A program made the translations under genes and the position numbers. From Tubulanus polymorphus (lineage: Eukaryota; Animalia; Nemertea), in contig NC_134035.1 of the NCBI RefSeq assembly GCF_964204645.1, positions 12,122,451 through 12,186,450 of the forward strand: DNA of 64,000 nucleotides. The letters are read 5' to 3'. Below the pieces are notes generated by a model. That model had not been told where the DNA came from and did no database searches. It was given only the letters and a program-made list of their open reading frames with translations. Shown here one piece after another: positions 51,635 through 64,000 of this stretch; position 1 is the first letter of the stretch, and every line of letters starts with the position of its first letter.

Positions 51635-54600
51635 ATGTCGTTCACGGTTTCTATAGGAAGGGACGGTGGCCCTTCGGATCAGACGGTGAAATTTCACGTC
51701 GGCGGACCGGGGGCACAAGGCCAAGGTCAAGGACAAAACATGCGTGTACGAGTAGGCCCTGGTAAGCCAGGAGGTATGGCAATAACTCTAGGCAATCCGG
51801 TAAGCCCCGGTGAGAGGGTGGTCAGTCCCGGTGGAGCCGTCGCGTTCAAACTTGGAGGACAGCAGCGCCCCCAGCCGGAAGGAGGGATGTCCTACTCGCC
51901 GGTTCTGACACCTACACTTCCGCTATATAGTGGTCAGCCTGTAGGACGAGAGACGCCAGATGGCGCTGTAACTATCCAAAGAGCAGGCACTCCTATGTCT
52001 GATACTGATTCCGATGGTAAAGATATTGATTCATTCTTTTTCTTGTAACGCAGGTGGCGGGCGTGGCATAGTTATAAAAACATCTTTTTTCTATTCTGAA
52101 AAGATCTTTTTAACCTAATCTTACGTAAGCCTTATATTTCCAATTTCACACCATGGAACAGAATACAAAACAGTCCTACTACGTGGGATGCCGGTGGGAT
52201 GGAATGCATGATATACATATTCTCCAAATCATTTTGCATGATGAACTTTTTCTTAGTGATAATTTATCAAACGCAGACAGAGTATGGCGTAGTTCTGGTG
52301 AATCACTATGTAACACTATGGTAAAACGCCCAAAGATATATATGACTCAACATTTAAAAAGGCAAACTTTCTGCCGTGTGGGAGAGAACTGTTTAGAGAA
52401 TCTCTTCCTGTTTATCCTAGATTTTTACTTTTTTTTCAAACGCGCAAACGGAGACACAGAAATAAAACATCTGCACGAAAAGGGGGTTAGATAAAAACCA
52501 CTTATCACGTATTTCCTAATGAGGTTTGTTCTGTACCGAACTGCGAACTGTTTTTCTATATAGGTGCGCACGTGTTACGCGATAAATAGTTTTCGCGTTG
52601 AAAACTTTCTCTAAATAATTTCTTTCGTCAAGTTGAGAAAAACAACGTGTATGAAAATCGTTAGTGGTTATATGTATCAGCTTAGTTGGTTGGTATACGC
52701 ACCAGCCAGTAAACTCTATACACGATGTTGGTACGTGGTGGTGGTGGAAGCGCGTATTCAGTATAGGCGCACCGAAGTTATAAATACAACAGCACAATTC
52801 ACAGGTGGTGAACTTATATTCCTAAACATAAACCGAAACAACAGAAAACTACGTCGTAGATAATCGTCTGAGCGCGTTGCATTTGATATTAAAAATATAC
52901 TGTGTCGGTATACGTATATACCATATATTGTATACCGCACCGGGGCACCATACCCCCATACCTCGTTTCTTTATAGTGCACGAAAATGTTATTCTTCGCA
53001 CGAAGCGAAATATTTTCAAAACAAATATACCAGTAAAATCATTTCATTGAAGGAGACTTTCTCGCATTACGTATTATAAAAGAAGCTACGTGTATTTGAA
53101 AACCTTTTTAACATGAATGTAACTTGCTATGTGGTTGTCTTGTTCAAAGCTCCCCCGCATAAGCATTTTAAGGATGTATAATAAGTCCTTCTGTATCTAA
53201 GTGATGTCCTTGGTTTTTCATCTTGGTTTTTCATCAAAGTTATGTTCTTTGTTTTTCACTCCCACCTCCCGGGTAGTATACATATGCTTCTTCCAGTTTT
53301 CTCATGATGGAGCCCCGGAGTGTGTCCTCTAAATCATGCTTGTTCCGCAAATGTGTTATCCTGTCTATTTTAAATTGTAATTTTCTACTCTGTAAAATTA
53401 ATTGTCCTTTTTCTCCTTTATTGCATTATATACTTGTATGTTTTACTGTAAAACTTTTAAGTTGTAATAAAGTATTGAATTGAATTGTCCCTTCTAGAGT
53501 ATTACGAAACTGCGCGCATTTTGGCCAACGACTTGCATCCCTCCTGGACAGAAATCATGAATCAGAATTCACCCTTCTGTCCTTCCGTACTTGATTTCTT
53601 GATTGACATGCAAAATATGACAATTCATGTCATCTAATGAAGACTTTGATTTGTATATATTTTTCAGCCGGTGGTAAAATGGCACAAACCTACAGATCAG
53701 AGATCTTTATTCCCATACACAAAGATGAACTCAGTTTTGAGGAACGACAGCGCCGCCTGTGGCAGGATATGGACACGCGAATCGAACAACGCCGAATGGA
53801 GTGGGAATCGGAAATCGAGCGCATGCGCACTGAGTTTTTCAGTTTGAAACCGTTAGATATGGGAACGAGAATGGGCGCCATTGAACGAACTGACAACCTT
53901 CAAACAGCATTCGAACAAGGTCAAGATGGAACTCCAAGGTTGGTGGAATGCCCAGTCGTTTATCTTGAAATCCCTAAGAATAATCTTCGAAATTTCCTTC
54001 TAATAAACTAAATTAACAATTGCCTTCAAAATCTCCTCATAGAAAATTTAATGTTTCGTATATTTTCGCTGAAATTTTCGACAAATTTTCCAAACGATAT
54101 TTCAATTATCTTCTATATTTTCTTCTGTTTAACAGAGCTTTGTAAGTATATATGCATATTTCGGCGTGATAAGGGTTCGGGCTAACTCGATCCTGTTGTT
54201 ACGACCTTCACCTTACACCCAGTGTCTCATTTACCGAAAAAGAGTTTGAAAAAAGAAAATTTGAAACACTAGGTGTAGTCGGAAAGAATCCTCGATTCGA
54301 AGGTCCATTTGCACAGTCATGGTTTAACTTCTCGAGGAGCTAAACCCGTAGCATTCGAAGCCCATTTGTGTTTTTTTTTCAATGTTGTTCTGGACTGTCA
54401 AAATTATCTACTATCGTTTAGCACAGAATAATTCTCTATTCTACCTCCATGTTTCACCCTGAATCGCATCCTGAATTTCAAATGCTCTCGATATTTTTCA
54501 GTTTTCGAAAGGGTATTCCATTTTTCAAAAAGTAATTCTAAGTCACTAGAATTGTCTTATGATGTTGGAATTAGACACCTTGAACCTCAACTCAATTTGA

Positions 54601-56895
54601 TCGAAAAGTTTGCCCGAGTAAAATCATATCTTATTACAATACATAGAGTTCATATATCACATTGTTTATGCTCAGCATTGTGTCAAACGAAACATTTACC
54701 AAACGAAATTAAATCTGTCGAGATAGGCCGAACATTTCTCAACACGCTAAGCTTTCTAAAACATTTTCCTTTTCATTTCAAAGTTAAACTCATCACAAAC
54801 ACACACACACACACCCTTTACTCGGAGCAGGAATACATTTCTTGCTCCGGGTAGAATATTTCTACTAAGTACTAAATGATTTTCGTCTTTATTTTCTGCC
54901 TCGGAAGTGATGAATGTATGAATGTGATTGAATCGTTGACCGATCGATTCTACCCGAGTTTACCCGCCATTTCAACCCACTTTTCACAAATACGTTTTAC
55001 GTTTTACCCACGATTTGGCAAAGAAATATACCTTCTAAGAATATAGAAGTTTGTCTATTTGTGAAATATGGGTGAACTGCCTGTCTGTCGTTCCCTGTCT
55101 TGATTATTAGTTTATTACATCAATCTGTTTGACACAATGCAGCATTGTTCAAAGTTTCATCGATTCGAATCGGCACAAGGTTTGAAATGGAATTTAGAAT
55201 TTCAAGAGAAACACCAAACACTTTAACACTTTACCATATTTTGATAGATACATTTCGTACATATATTCGTGTATATATTTCTATATCGTGCCCCGGTAGA
55301 GATATTTATAGAATAGTTCAATTCATCATGTTTATTTTTTTTTTTGTGGATTTTGTCGTAGTTAGAATGTTCTTAAAATCCCTCCCGTTTTTACTGCAAA
55401 ATACACGATACCGAATTTCTGTACCGAATTTTGAAAAATGTTGCACATGAAAATGGAATAACAAAACGTCTTTAAAAGAAGCATGTAGAAGGGTTTGATA
55501 TACGTGAAACTTACAAAATAGTGGTTCTAATGTAAAAGCATCCGAGTGTTCCGTGTTTTTAAATCTATAAACAGCACTTTGTGTCGTTTACGACCTCAGT
55601 AAACGAGAGCCTTATTCAACCGTGGTTCCTGATTTACTGTCCGTGATTGAAAAGAGTTGAAAAAAAATCAAAACTGACAAAACGTATCTGGGACGATCTG
55701 TATAATTCGTGATGTTATTTATAATGTTCCGGGTTCGGCGTTGACGAGGGTATTTTCTCGGTACAAAAGTGGCCGGTGATCAATTATATCCCGAAATATT
55801 TACGTATGGTGTCCGGTGGGATATCGATAGTGTTATAGACGAGTCGTTAACTGATTCTATTAGAAATTACGAGCTTTCGACACTAGTGCATACTCTAGCT
55901 ACATCAGGTAAATAAGCAATGAAGTACCTGATGAAGCTTGGCGGTAGCTTGTTAAATGGGCTATTAGTGGATAACGATGATGTTAACAAGACACAAGACG
56001 TGTCGTGCTATACTGTATGAGAATGGCGCAGTTTTTACACTATCGGAGTCAGTTGCCCAATAATGACTTAGACTTACGACTAATCTAAAGACTTCTTCCT
56101 TATATAGCCAATCTCATAACTTATGACCAGTGTTTGAACTTAAAAGCCTTTTGAAGCCTTATGACTGTTTTACACAAACGCATATACACGATGCGTGTAT
56201 GTATGTATGTATGTATGTATGCATATGAAATAGTGAATTATTGAATGGTTGTCGCATTTCATTTTAGATTCAAGATTAGATTCGACGTGCAACAGTTTAA
56301 CACTGACGAGATCAAAGTTCAGACATTCGAGAGACGACTGATCGTGAAGGCTAAGCACACGGAGACCCGAGGAAACACGACCGTTAGTCGAGAATTTTCC
56401 CGTCAAGTCGATCTGCCCGGTTCCGTCGACGTGCAGTCGCTTCAAGCGTCCGTGTCCAAGGACGGAATTCTGGTCGTCGAAGCTCCAGTCCAGACGCCGC
56501 AATATCAACAAATCCAACACCACCAGACGCCGATTCCATCGTTGCGATCCGGTCCGAATACGAGTCCGATCGTGACGAATCCCGACGGTAGCAGACAGCT
56601 GAAACTAGAGGTCGAGATCGGCATCCAGTACACGGCCGATGACGTCATCGTCAAAACGGTCGACAGAAAAATAGTCATCAACGCCAGACACGAGGAGAAG
56701 AGCGGGAATCGTACGTCATTCTGTGAATTCAGTAAAGAGTATGAATTACCAGAAAGCGTCGATCCGTTCACTGTTAACGCTTATCTATTAGATAACGGTA
56801 AATTAATCGTAGAGGCACCGCTTCGAAGTCAAGCGCCTCCACCGCCCCCTCCCCCTCAAAGTCATCGAGTAACCATCACTGTTCAGAGGCAGTAG
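51635..56895 (+). CDS. Small heat-shock protein with two alpha-crystallin domains (p40/major egg antigen/Tsp36-like), 3 exons, ~426 aa
   Basis: Exons 51635-52016, 53668-53938 and 56268-56895 join in frame. ACD1: FDVQQF..DEIKV...KAKH...REFSRQVDLP...SKDGILVVEAP. ACD2: ...ARHEEK...EFSKEYELPESVDP...NGKLIVEAP. C-terminal VTITV is an IxI/V-like motif. Confidence 0.92.
55867..55940. mobile_element. Degenerate hammerhead-bearing inverted repeat (GAAA-GCUC variant) in an sHSP intron
   Basis: Minus strand UUAC-CUGAUGU-AGCUAG..CUAG..GAAA-GCUC-GUAA; the opposite arm reads TACCTGATGAAGCT on +. Confidence 0.45.
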
Positions 56896-58332
56896 TAAAT
56901 ACTGTATTCATAGGTTAGATATTTGAAATGAATGCTGAACGATTTAGAGACGGGGTCGATATCATTGAGGGTGTTCGGGAATTAAAACGATAGGTTTCAT
57001 AATTAATATTCTTCCCCAACGATCAAGAGATTTGAGACTTTATAAATGGAGGAGGCATGCTGAAAATTAACTAAATAATCTAATTAAATACTGCTGTCAC
57101 TTAAAATAAATGAATGTAAAAATACCGAAGCGGGGTTACTCATGAAATATGCACTCATTCCAAAACGTACGACTTTCACAGTCCACATTGTCCTGATGTT
57201 GCTACATCGATGGACGAGGCGATTACACCCTTATACGGAAGACTGGTTATCCTTCTCGGTAGAAGATTTCTGGCATCAAAACAATTGTAGAAACTACCAA
57301 AGACGGCTATCCAAGAGAAAGTAGACAATACCATATCTTTAATAGAATAAGGCCTTCTTGAACAGAAGATGGCATTTTCGACGCGTGTATTTCATGACTA
57401 GCCCCTGAATTCAAAGCGGCTGTGTGCAGCTGGTTACATTTTCGTTTAAAAATTGTTGTTCGTAATTTGTCGTAAGGCGTTTAAAATGTACGAAAATTAC
57501 ATTTAATTTGTTTTTTATCAAACTCTGTATCACGTGTTCTACTGTTGCTAACAACGAGTATTAAAATACGCACTATTTAATACTGAACTTTTCACTTTTA
57601 GAAATTATTTTCTGCTGTCGCTTTGTACATAAGAAAAAAAACAATGTTTGTATAACGGAGTTTCTATACCAAACAAAAATTGCAGTTATTTTCTTTTTTT
57701 TGTTTGGATTAGATTTTGTAATTCTCTTTTTTTTAAATTTTGTCTGTCTTGCAATTTATGAATTATGTGTATGAAATAATTCTGAAATATATTCGGCGTT
57801 AAATCAATAATTTCTGTTGCCGTTGTTTATATTTATATGTATAGGACTATAGTGCAGAGCCATCAAAAATAAATCTGCCTTATCAGGATATCAGAGACCA
57901 TTCCATTTACAAATCTGGCTCGATAGTTTGAGTAGTTCTTCTTCTCCGTTGATTCAAAAGTCAATTCTTTAATTACAACAGTTGAACTACGTAGAAGGTC
58001 AGTTTAACTCCGTTAATCGAGCGATAAACAAACCAGCACGAATTTAATCACTAAGTGTCACATTCATATCTATTAATAGATCATAAAGATCAACATAAAT
58101 TTCCGGAAATATTATTTGCAGTATTCACGTATAGCCATTATAAGCGAGTTAAAAATTGTCAACATCTGTTACATTCTGGACGCGTTGGGTAAGACAGAAG
58201 ATCAAAACCACGCGTGAATAAAAAAGAGGATTAAAAAAACGTACAATCAAGAACTGAAAAAAACTGTTTACGGCGCATGTTGAAATAAGAATTCGATTCG
58301 TTTTATTTTGTCAGTACCGCGACAGACTCGAC

Positions 58333-58358
58333 TATATATATATATATATATATATATA
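58333..58358. repeat. (TA)13 microsatellite directly upstream of the MCT start codon
   Basis: Directly visible in the sequence. Confidence 0.9.
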
Positions 58359-58364
58359 GACGGT

Positions 58365-60437
58365 ATGTCAATTAAAACTCGACGAGGAAATTCAAGACGC
58401 GGTGTCGGACCATTAGAAGCGGTTGTGATCACGTGTTGTGGTATGTTAGATTATTTACTGATACAAAGTCTGTTTAACACTGCTGGAATACTCGTACCGG
58501 AATGGATGCAGTATTTCAACGCCGGAAGTGCCACAGTCGCGTGGGTCGGTGCATCTATCACCGGCTCTACGTTTCTTTTCAGTCAGTATCCAATACAGCA
58601 ATGAATAATTCACTTTACCAGAATCTTCGTAAAAAGTGTAGATGCTTTTTGTATACTATTTTTGTAGGCCCGTTTGGTAGTTTGTTGGTGAAACAATTCG
58701 GTTTACGTCCAATGTTGGTTTCGTCTGGTGTACTATGCAGTTTATCTATCGTATTGTCGGCATTAGCAACGCGTTTATACATTGTCATTATCTGCTGGAC
58801 AGTTTCAGGTACGATATACGTTACTGCTTCGGGATCATCGTTAAAAAAAATTTCCCCTCACCGTGATCTAAATCAACCCAGCCGAATAGTGGGTCCTGCG
58901 GAAGATCTTCACCCGACTGAGGAGCGGGTTATCGGGGAAGATATCCACCCGACTGAGTAGCGAGTTCTTGGAGAAGATCTTCACCCAACTGAGGGGTAAA
59001 ATCCTTGGGATCATCGATATCTTCAAACAATCACTTCAGATTTAAATATATTTGCACATTCACAAAATATCGACGTTACTGCAACTATCTGCAGTGAATG
59101 TATTAACAGCGATTGATAATAATTTGATTGTCTATTACAGGTTTTTGTATCGCGGTTCACATAGCTCCCGTCGCTTCTTATGTACTAACTCGATTCGGGA
59201 GACACAGAGCGTTAGCTAACGGTATCGTAGCACTAGGTGCCGCCACAGGTTCATTGATATACCCCATCATTATCAATCAACTATTAGAACATTACGATTG
59301 GAGAGGATGTCTGGTGATTATCGGCGGGATCGCCTTAAACCTGGCGCCTCTAACCATGGTGAACCGCAACTGGTCGACTAGGGGGCGCTCGAGAGCAATT
59401 GTGGCCGCGGAAGACGGTGTTCTATTGGAAGCGCTTAAAACTAACGAAATAAACCCGGAAAGAGATGCAAAAACAAGGAAAGAAAAAGAAATCCGTATGG
59501 AATATTCGCGATGGGTGATATTTAAAGAATCCTTACAACTGACTTTATTCAAAAAACCGTTCATGATCACGATGTTATTGCACACGTCAGTGTCTTATAT
59601 GGCTGTGTCTATTATAGTAATACATATGGTCGCCGGGTTTAAAGAGTTGATGAATCTTGAGAGTGACGAAGCTCGTATGACCGTAACCGCGTTCGGAGTT
59701 GGGAACATTATCGGTCGGGTGCTGATTTCACTCTTAGCCCATCACAAATCTATAGACACGTTCACTGTGTATATATTTGGCAATCTATTCGTTGGTCTTA
59801 TCGCTTTAGCGCCGGTTTGTCGAGGGTTCGTCGCGGCTATGTGTCTCAGCGGGTTCGTCGGGTTTTCCCTGGCGTCGTTCGGTTGTTTACTGCAGGTAGT
59901 TCTCGTTGAAGTGTTCGGCGAACGATTGGTGCTGATGGCTTACAGTTACGCCATCTTGACTGGCGGTTTTGGATACATAGCTGGAGGACCGATAGCAGGT
60001 AGGTTTGAGTAACGTTCTTTGATTGTTTGGGGAAAGTTATATATACTTCAAAAACCAACCTTGGAAAAACGTTCACTCATTCCCCAGATAGCTGCAGATA
60101 TTCGTTCCTATAACATGAGGGCTGGGGGCATCTTCTAAGATTTAAAGCAATCTTCGGCTGGTTATTGCGTGTTGGGTGGATCAGCACAAGTCCAAATTTT
60201 AACCGATGTAATTGAATAAATCATGCAGTCGTTTCTATTTCAGGATCGATTTACGATCATTGGCTCGATTACTCGTATTCGTTTTATTTGAGTTCGGCTC
60301 TGGCAGTCGGCGGTACTCTAATCATATTCCCGAATTGGTTTAATCACCTCAGAAGATTGTACAAAGGACAGAATTCGAGCGGTGAACTATCTCCAGAAAC
60401 TAAAGATTGGATCGCTTCGCAAATAACTCTTACTTGA
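58365..60437 (+). CDS. MFS monocarboxylate transporter (SLC16/MCT family), 4 exons, ~469 aa
   Basis: Exons 58365-58581, 58668-58808, 59141-59998 and 60244-60437 join in frame. Motifs AWVGAS, LVKQFGLRP, FGRHRALANGI, YDWRGCLVIIGG, GNIIGR, GGPIAGSIYD; about 12 TM segments. Confidence 0.9.
58901..58994 (+). repeat. Minisatellite, 36-bp unit x ~2.6, in MCT intron 2
   Basis: Unit gaagatcttcacccgactgaggagcgggttatcggg. Confidence 0.85.
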
Positions 60438-61100
60438 AATGAAACATTTCTATATTCCAGTTTTATTTGTGTTTTTACGTCAAAAATACACAATAACCAA
60501 TAATTTCACTTGGTGTTTCATAAGATATTTCACTCGAGTTGAGAATCGAAGACTTTTTTCACGGAGAAATGATAATGAAATCCGTTCAAATATCCAACTT
60601 CAAATCGTTTTAACACGATAAACACGTGGTCACGAAGTCGAACCCAACACAAAATTCGCATAACACGGACATTTTTAGATAAAAATATAAACCATTAAGA
60701 AAACCTATATAGAAAGAGCTTAATGATCTCGAAATGATTAGAGACGTGATTAATGGTAATATTACAGTGGGAGGATGGTCATAATACACATATGTTGAAC
60801 AAACCCCCGGTGAACCCCACACGTACACTCAGACTCCGCGGAACAACTGAGTAATAACTCTCGCTTCGATGATAAGATTAACATATACACCTGTACAATC
60901 TACGTACACCACAGCAGGTTTTAAAGTTCAGAATAATCCCTCTTGAAGACCTGTAATATTTCTGCAAGAAGAAGAAATAGATTTCAAGACTCCGCGTATA
61001 CACTACTGTTGCAATCGTGATCGTATATTGAGAATTACAGCGATCGAACTGTGTTTATAAACAATAGACTGGTAAATTCGACGATACATCAGAAACCGGA

Positions 61101-61204
61101 GGATCCAGTTCCCCAGTTTTGAGTAAGTGTTAACTATGAGTTAGAATCAGTTCATTTCAAATGTTTCAACCTTAGTCGAGTTGAATCAAAACTGTGGAAC
61201 GGGT
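61101..61204. mobile_element. Diverged copy of the 108-bp MITE family (further relics at ~2042-2112 and ~63611-63727)
   Basis: ggatccagttccccagttttgagt...aaaactgtggaacgggt with the same internal agttcattt core. Confidence 0.65.
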
Positions 61205-63264
61205 CCTGGTCATATTGATTGTAGTGTCATCTAGACGCCGGTTGGTTATTAGTTATTGAGAATTACAAGTGTTGTTTTCAATTCGACATCGCGCTCGTAC
61301 TGTAGAGGAGCGTATATAGTGATTCAGAAGATCGAGGAATTTAATTTCAGTTTATGCAGGTGGAAGGTAACAGTAATCGCAGGTAAGAGGATCTGATAGT
61401 TCCATAGAAAACGTCAAAATCCTCTTTTAGTTTTACTTCGAGGTAAACGGCCTCTTTAGTTTTACTTATATTTACTTATAATAATGAATATGTGTAAAAT
61501 GCTGCCGTTATCTTGAATTCATTTTCGGTGCCTATTGTGGCCTAAATAAACAATCGACACTACAGTAGCCAGTCCACCCACAAAACGCTTGGTGGCAGAC
61601 TGCGAGATAAACCTGGCAAGTGAGGATGACTAGCCACGGTGTGACAGAAAATACGAGGTCGTCTCGCAACCAACTAAGCGGTGCAATCGGTTGTAAGTGG
61701 GTTCTCAGGTCGCGGATCATCAGAAGGCCGACCTTAAGTGCGTTTTGGTACTGATACTGTTGTCCTCTGAAATAAAATTCAACTTCAGCTACTGTTGATA
61801 TATCGTGATATTACGACGATTCAGACATAACGTGCAGCAGATTTAGTATACATAACATGAAACTGATATTTACGGAAGAGAAATTTATGATATTATCACT
61901 AATCAGAACACGGCTAATTATATCTATTCAACTATAGCTCCCTATACTGTATTAATATACAAGCACTTATTTGGTATTAACTGATAATGATATGCAGGTC
62001 TGATGTATAATTCACTATATTTTCAGTGCATGTATCTGAGTGTGGATCTCTCGGAATTATTGAAGAGGTGGAATACGCACATGATACAGAACAACACGGG
62101 CGTCAGGAGACTAATCTAAAGGCGTTAATTCACCGGATAAAACACGCGATAAGAACATCTACACGAGTTAAGTGATTATTGAATTACCGATGTTTAAATT
62201 CACACTACACCGCCGCCGCCGCCGCTGCCATCAGTGTGCAAGTTGAACTATCGTGAGAAAATCCGTTCTCTTTTTCTCTTGGTGCCCGTTCTCTTGTTAA
62301 ACAAACTGTCGATTGATAACGCATCGTTTTTGAGACAGGTTACACACGCGCGCTCGTTCGGAGAACATTCAAAAACCAACTCAACTAACCACGTTCTAAA
62401 GGGTAAATGGTCTTTTGCATAGAGCTTCGTTGTAGCAAGGTTGTCGCATGGATTCTAAAACAGTTCAGGATCCATGGTTCGAGGCATCTTTTCGCAGCTT
62501 CTATGACATTTAAAACGCCTCTCCATAAAACTCGATGTTTAACTTTGCGAAACCTCGTCACTACAGGTTTTCTTTGACATTTTCTAATTCGGTCGACTTA
62601 ATTTCCTGCCATCAGATGAAGAATGGTAAACAACTATATACACAGCATATGCGGGGGTCTTACCAAAGCAATTGCCATCATTTTTGATAATCGAGATAAA
62701 ACTGCTTGAATCTAATGAACGTTTTATCGAATTTCAATGGGGTTTACGAATCAAACATCCAGATAGTAAAACAACGATAACAAACAAAGAGATTTACTGA
62801 CAATGAATTGATTCAGTTTCACTACGTATCGATTGTAGGCCGCACCCTTTTTCAGTTACCCTAACCGTATAGAAAAGTTTCTCGCATTCGATCTCGTATT
62901 CGTGAACTTCCCCAGATCGCGTTTCGACCGTTTCTTTTCCGGTATAGAAAAGAGATCTCGGAAACAACACGTCAATTGGCAATATCGTGTGAACAAGTTG
63001 CGTGTGACTGCGAGCTGCGAGCAAGCGTAAATTAGCATACGATTTTGTTCATTGGACGGAACGCCGCTGAACGCTTTGTTATTCAGAAACCATGACGTCG
63101 TGAATTATCGAAAAAATGACATTTCGCATTGTTCCGATACGTCAAAGGATGCTTTTATTTTGATTAGAACGAAAATATATTTAAACAATGACTCGAGTGT
63201 AGGCTTGATTCACCGCCGTCTAAAAAACTTCAAAAACCACCGCAAACTCGCTAGTAATAATAAG

Positions 63265-63587
63265 ATGCCGGCTTTTAACCGGTTAATGTCGTCTGGAATA
63301 GTACAGCTATGCGCTATGGTTATCATCGGTTTCTTACTGACGCCGTCGCGATGTTGGGAACACGAAAAACAAGTTGATGAATTCGTGGATTCGGTGATGA
63401 AGTGCGGTGATATTCCCGGATTGAGTTTGGCCGTCGTTAGAGACGGTCGGGTCCTGTTGACTAAAGGTTACGGTTTCGCCGACGTAGAAAACCGAGAAGC
63501 GGCGACGAAAAATACGAAATTTCTGATCGCTTCGTTGACGAAAGCGTTTACGAGTACGTTACTAGCAGAACTTCTTCACAAAACGAG
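63265..63587 (+). CDS. First exon of a secreted serine beta-lactamase-like/penicillin-binding-fold protein (gene continues beyond the window)
   Basis: Signal-peptide-like N-terminus, then IPGLSLAVVRDG...KGYGFAD...T.FLIASLTKAFT containing the catalytic SxxK. Donor AG|GTAAAT at 63588. Confidence 0.88.
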
Positions 63588-64000
63588 GTAAATATAGAAT
63601 TATCAAACTCGGGATTCAGTTCCACAAACATGACTTAAAGTTCAATGACTTAAAGCTCACTCCGAGTTGAAATCGTTTTTTCTAAGTTGATTCGGTCAAA
63701 TCTGAATTCAGAACTGTGGACGGGATTCTGACGCGTACAGAACGTTGTTAATTCTGACCCACCCTTTGTATCATGGCGACGATGGTTTCGCCTTGTATTT
63801 ACTTCAATATTGATGGAATTCAAAGAAATGAACAAAGTCTTTTTTTATTGGTCTCACCCTTGTCGTTTTCTAAAGGGTTGCTAATTTTGCGCTATGTAAA
63901 TACTAAACGTACGAATTTGATTATTGATTATAAGGTTATATATTTGCATATTAGATACAGCTATAGCCTGCTTGACAATATTCGAAAGAGAAATCCATAA

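Noticed and set aside
58809-58960. ORF extension with EDLHPTE repeats in the MCT gene
   Set aside because: It is read-through into intron 2, which contains a 36-bp minisatellite; the spliced model restores the MFS topology.

Overview
AT-rich, intron-containing animal DNA with GT-AG introns, probably from a lophotrochozoan invertebrate (inferred from the gene families; the species cannot be determined). I hand-spliced nine protein-coding genes: a class B1 PTH-receptor-like GPCR (+), RERG (-), an LMO1/3-type LIM-only gene (+, head-to-head with RERG), a TMEM53/DUF829 hydrolase (+), an intronless orphan rhodopsin-type GPCR (-), a Methuselah/adhesion-like class B GPCR (+), a double alpha-crystallin-domain small HSP (p40/major-egg-antigen type, +), an SLC16/MCT transporter (+) and the first exon of a secreted beta-lactamase-fold protein (+). 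Non-coding DNA holds Harbinger- and hAT-type MITEs, a LINE fragment and minisatellites. Three observations stand out. (1) At least six short elements, most of them palindromic, carry ultra-minimal hammerhead-ribozyme cores (CUGANGA...GAAAC-GUH); four have a Penelope-like layout of inverted arm + direct arm + tail + target-site duplication. (2) The sHSP locus appears to have three alternative first exons over 14 kb: an HSE+TATA non-coding exon, a 301-codon Ser/Gly/Asn repeat exon and a Gly/Pro-rich exon. (3) The TM3 exon of the PTHR-like gene has a GG acceptor instead of AG. All coordinates were read by eye; no database searches were run.
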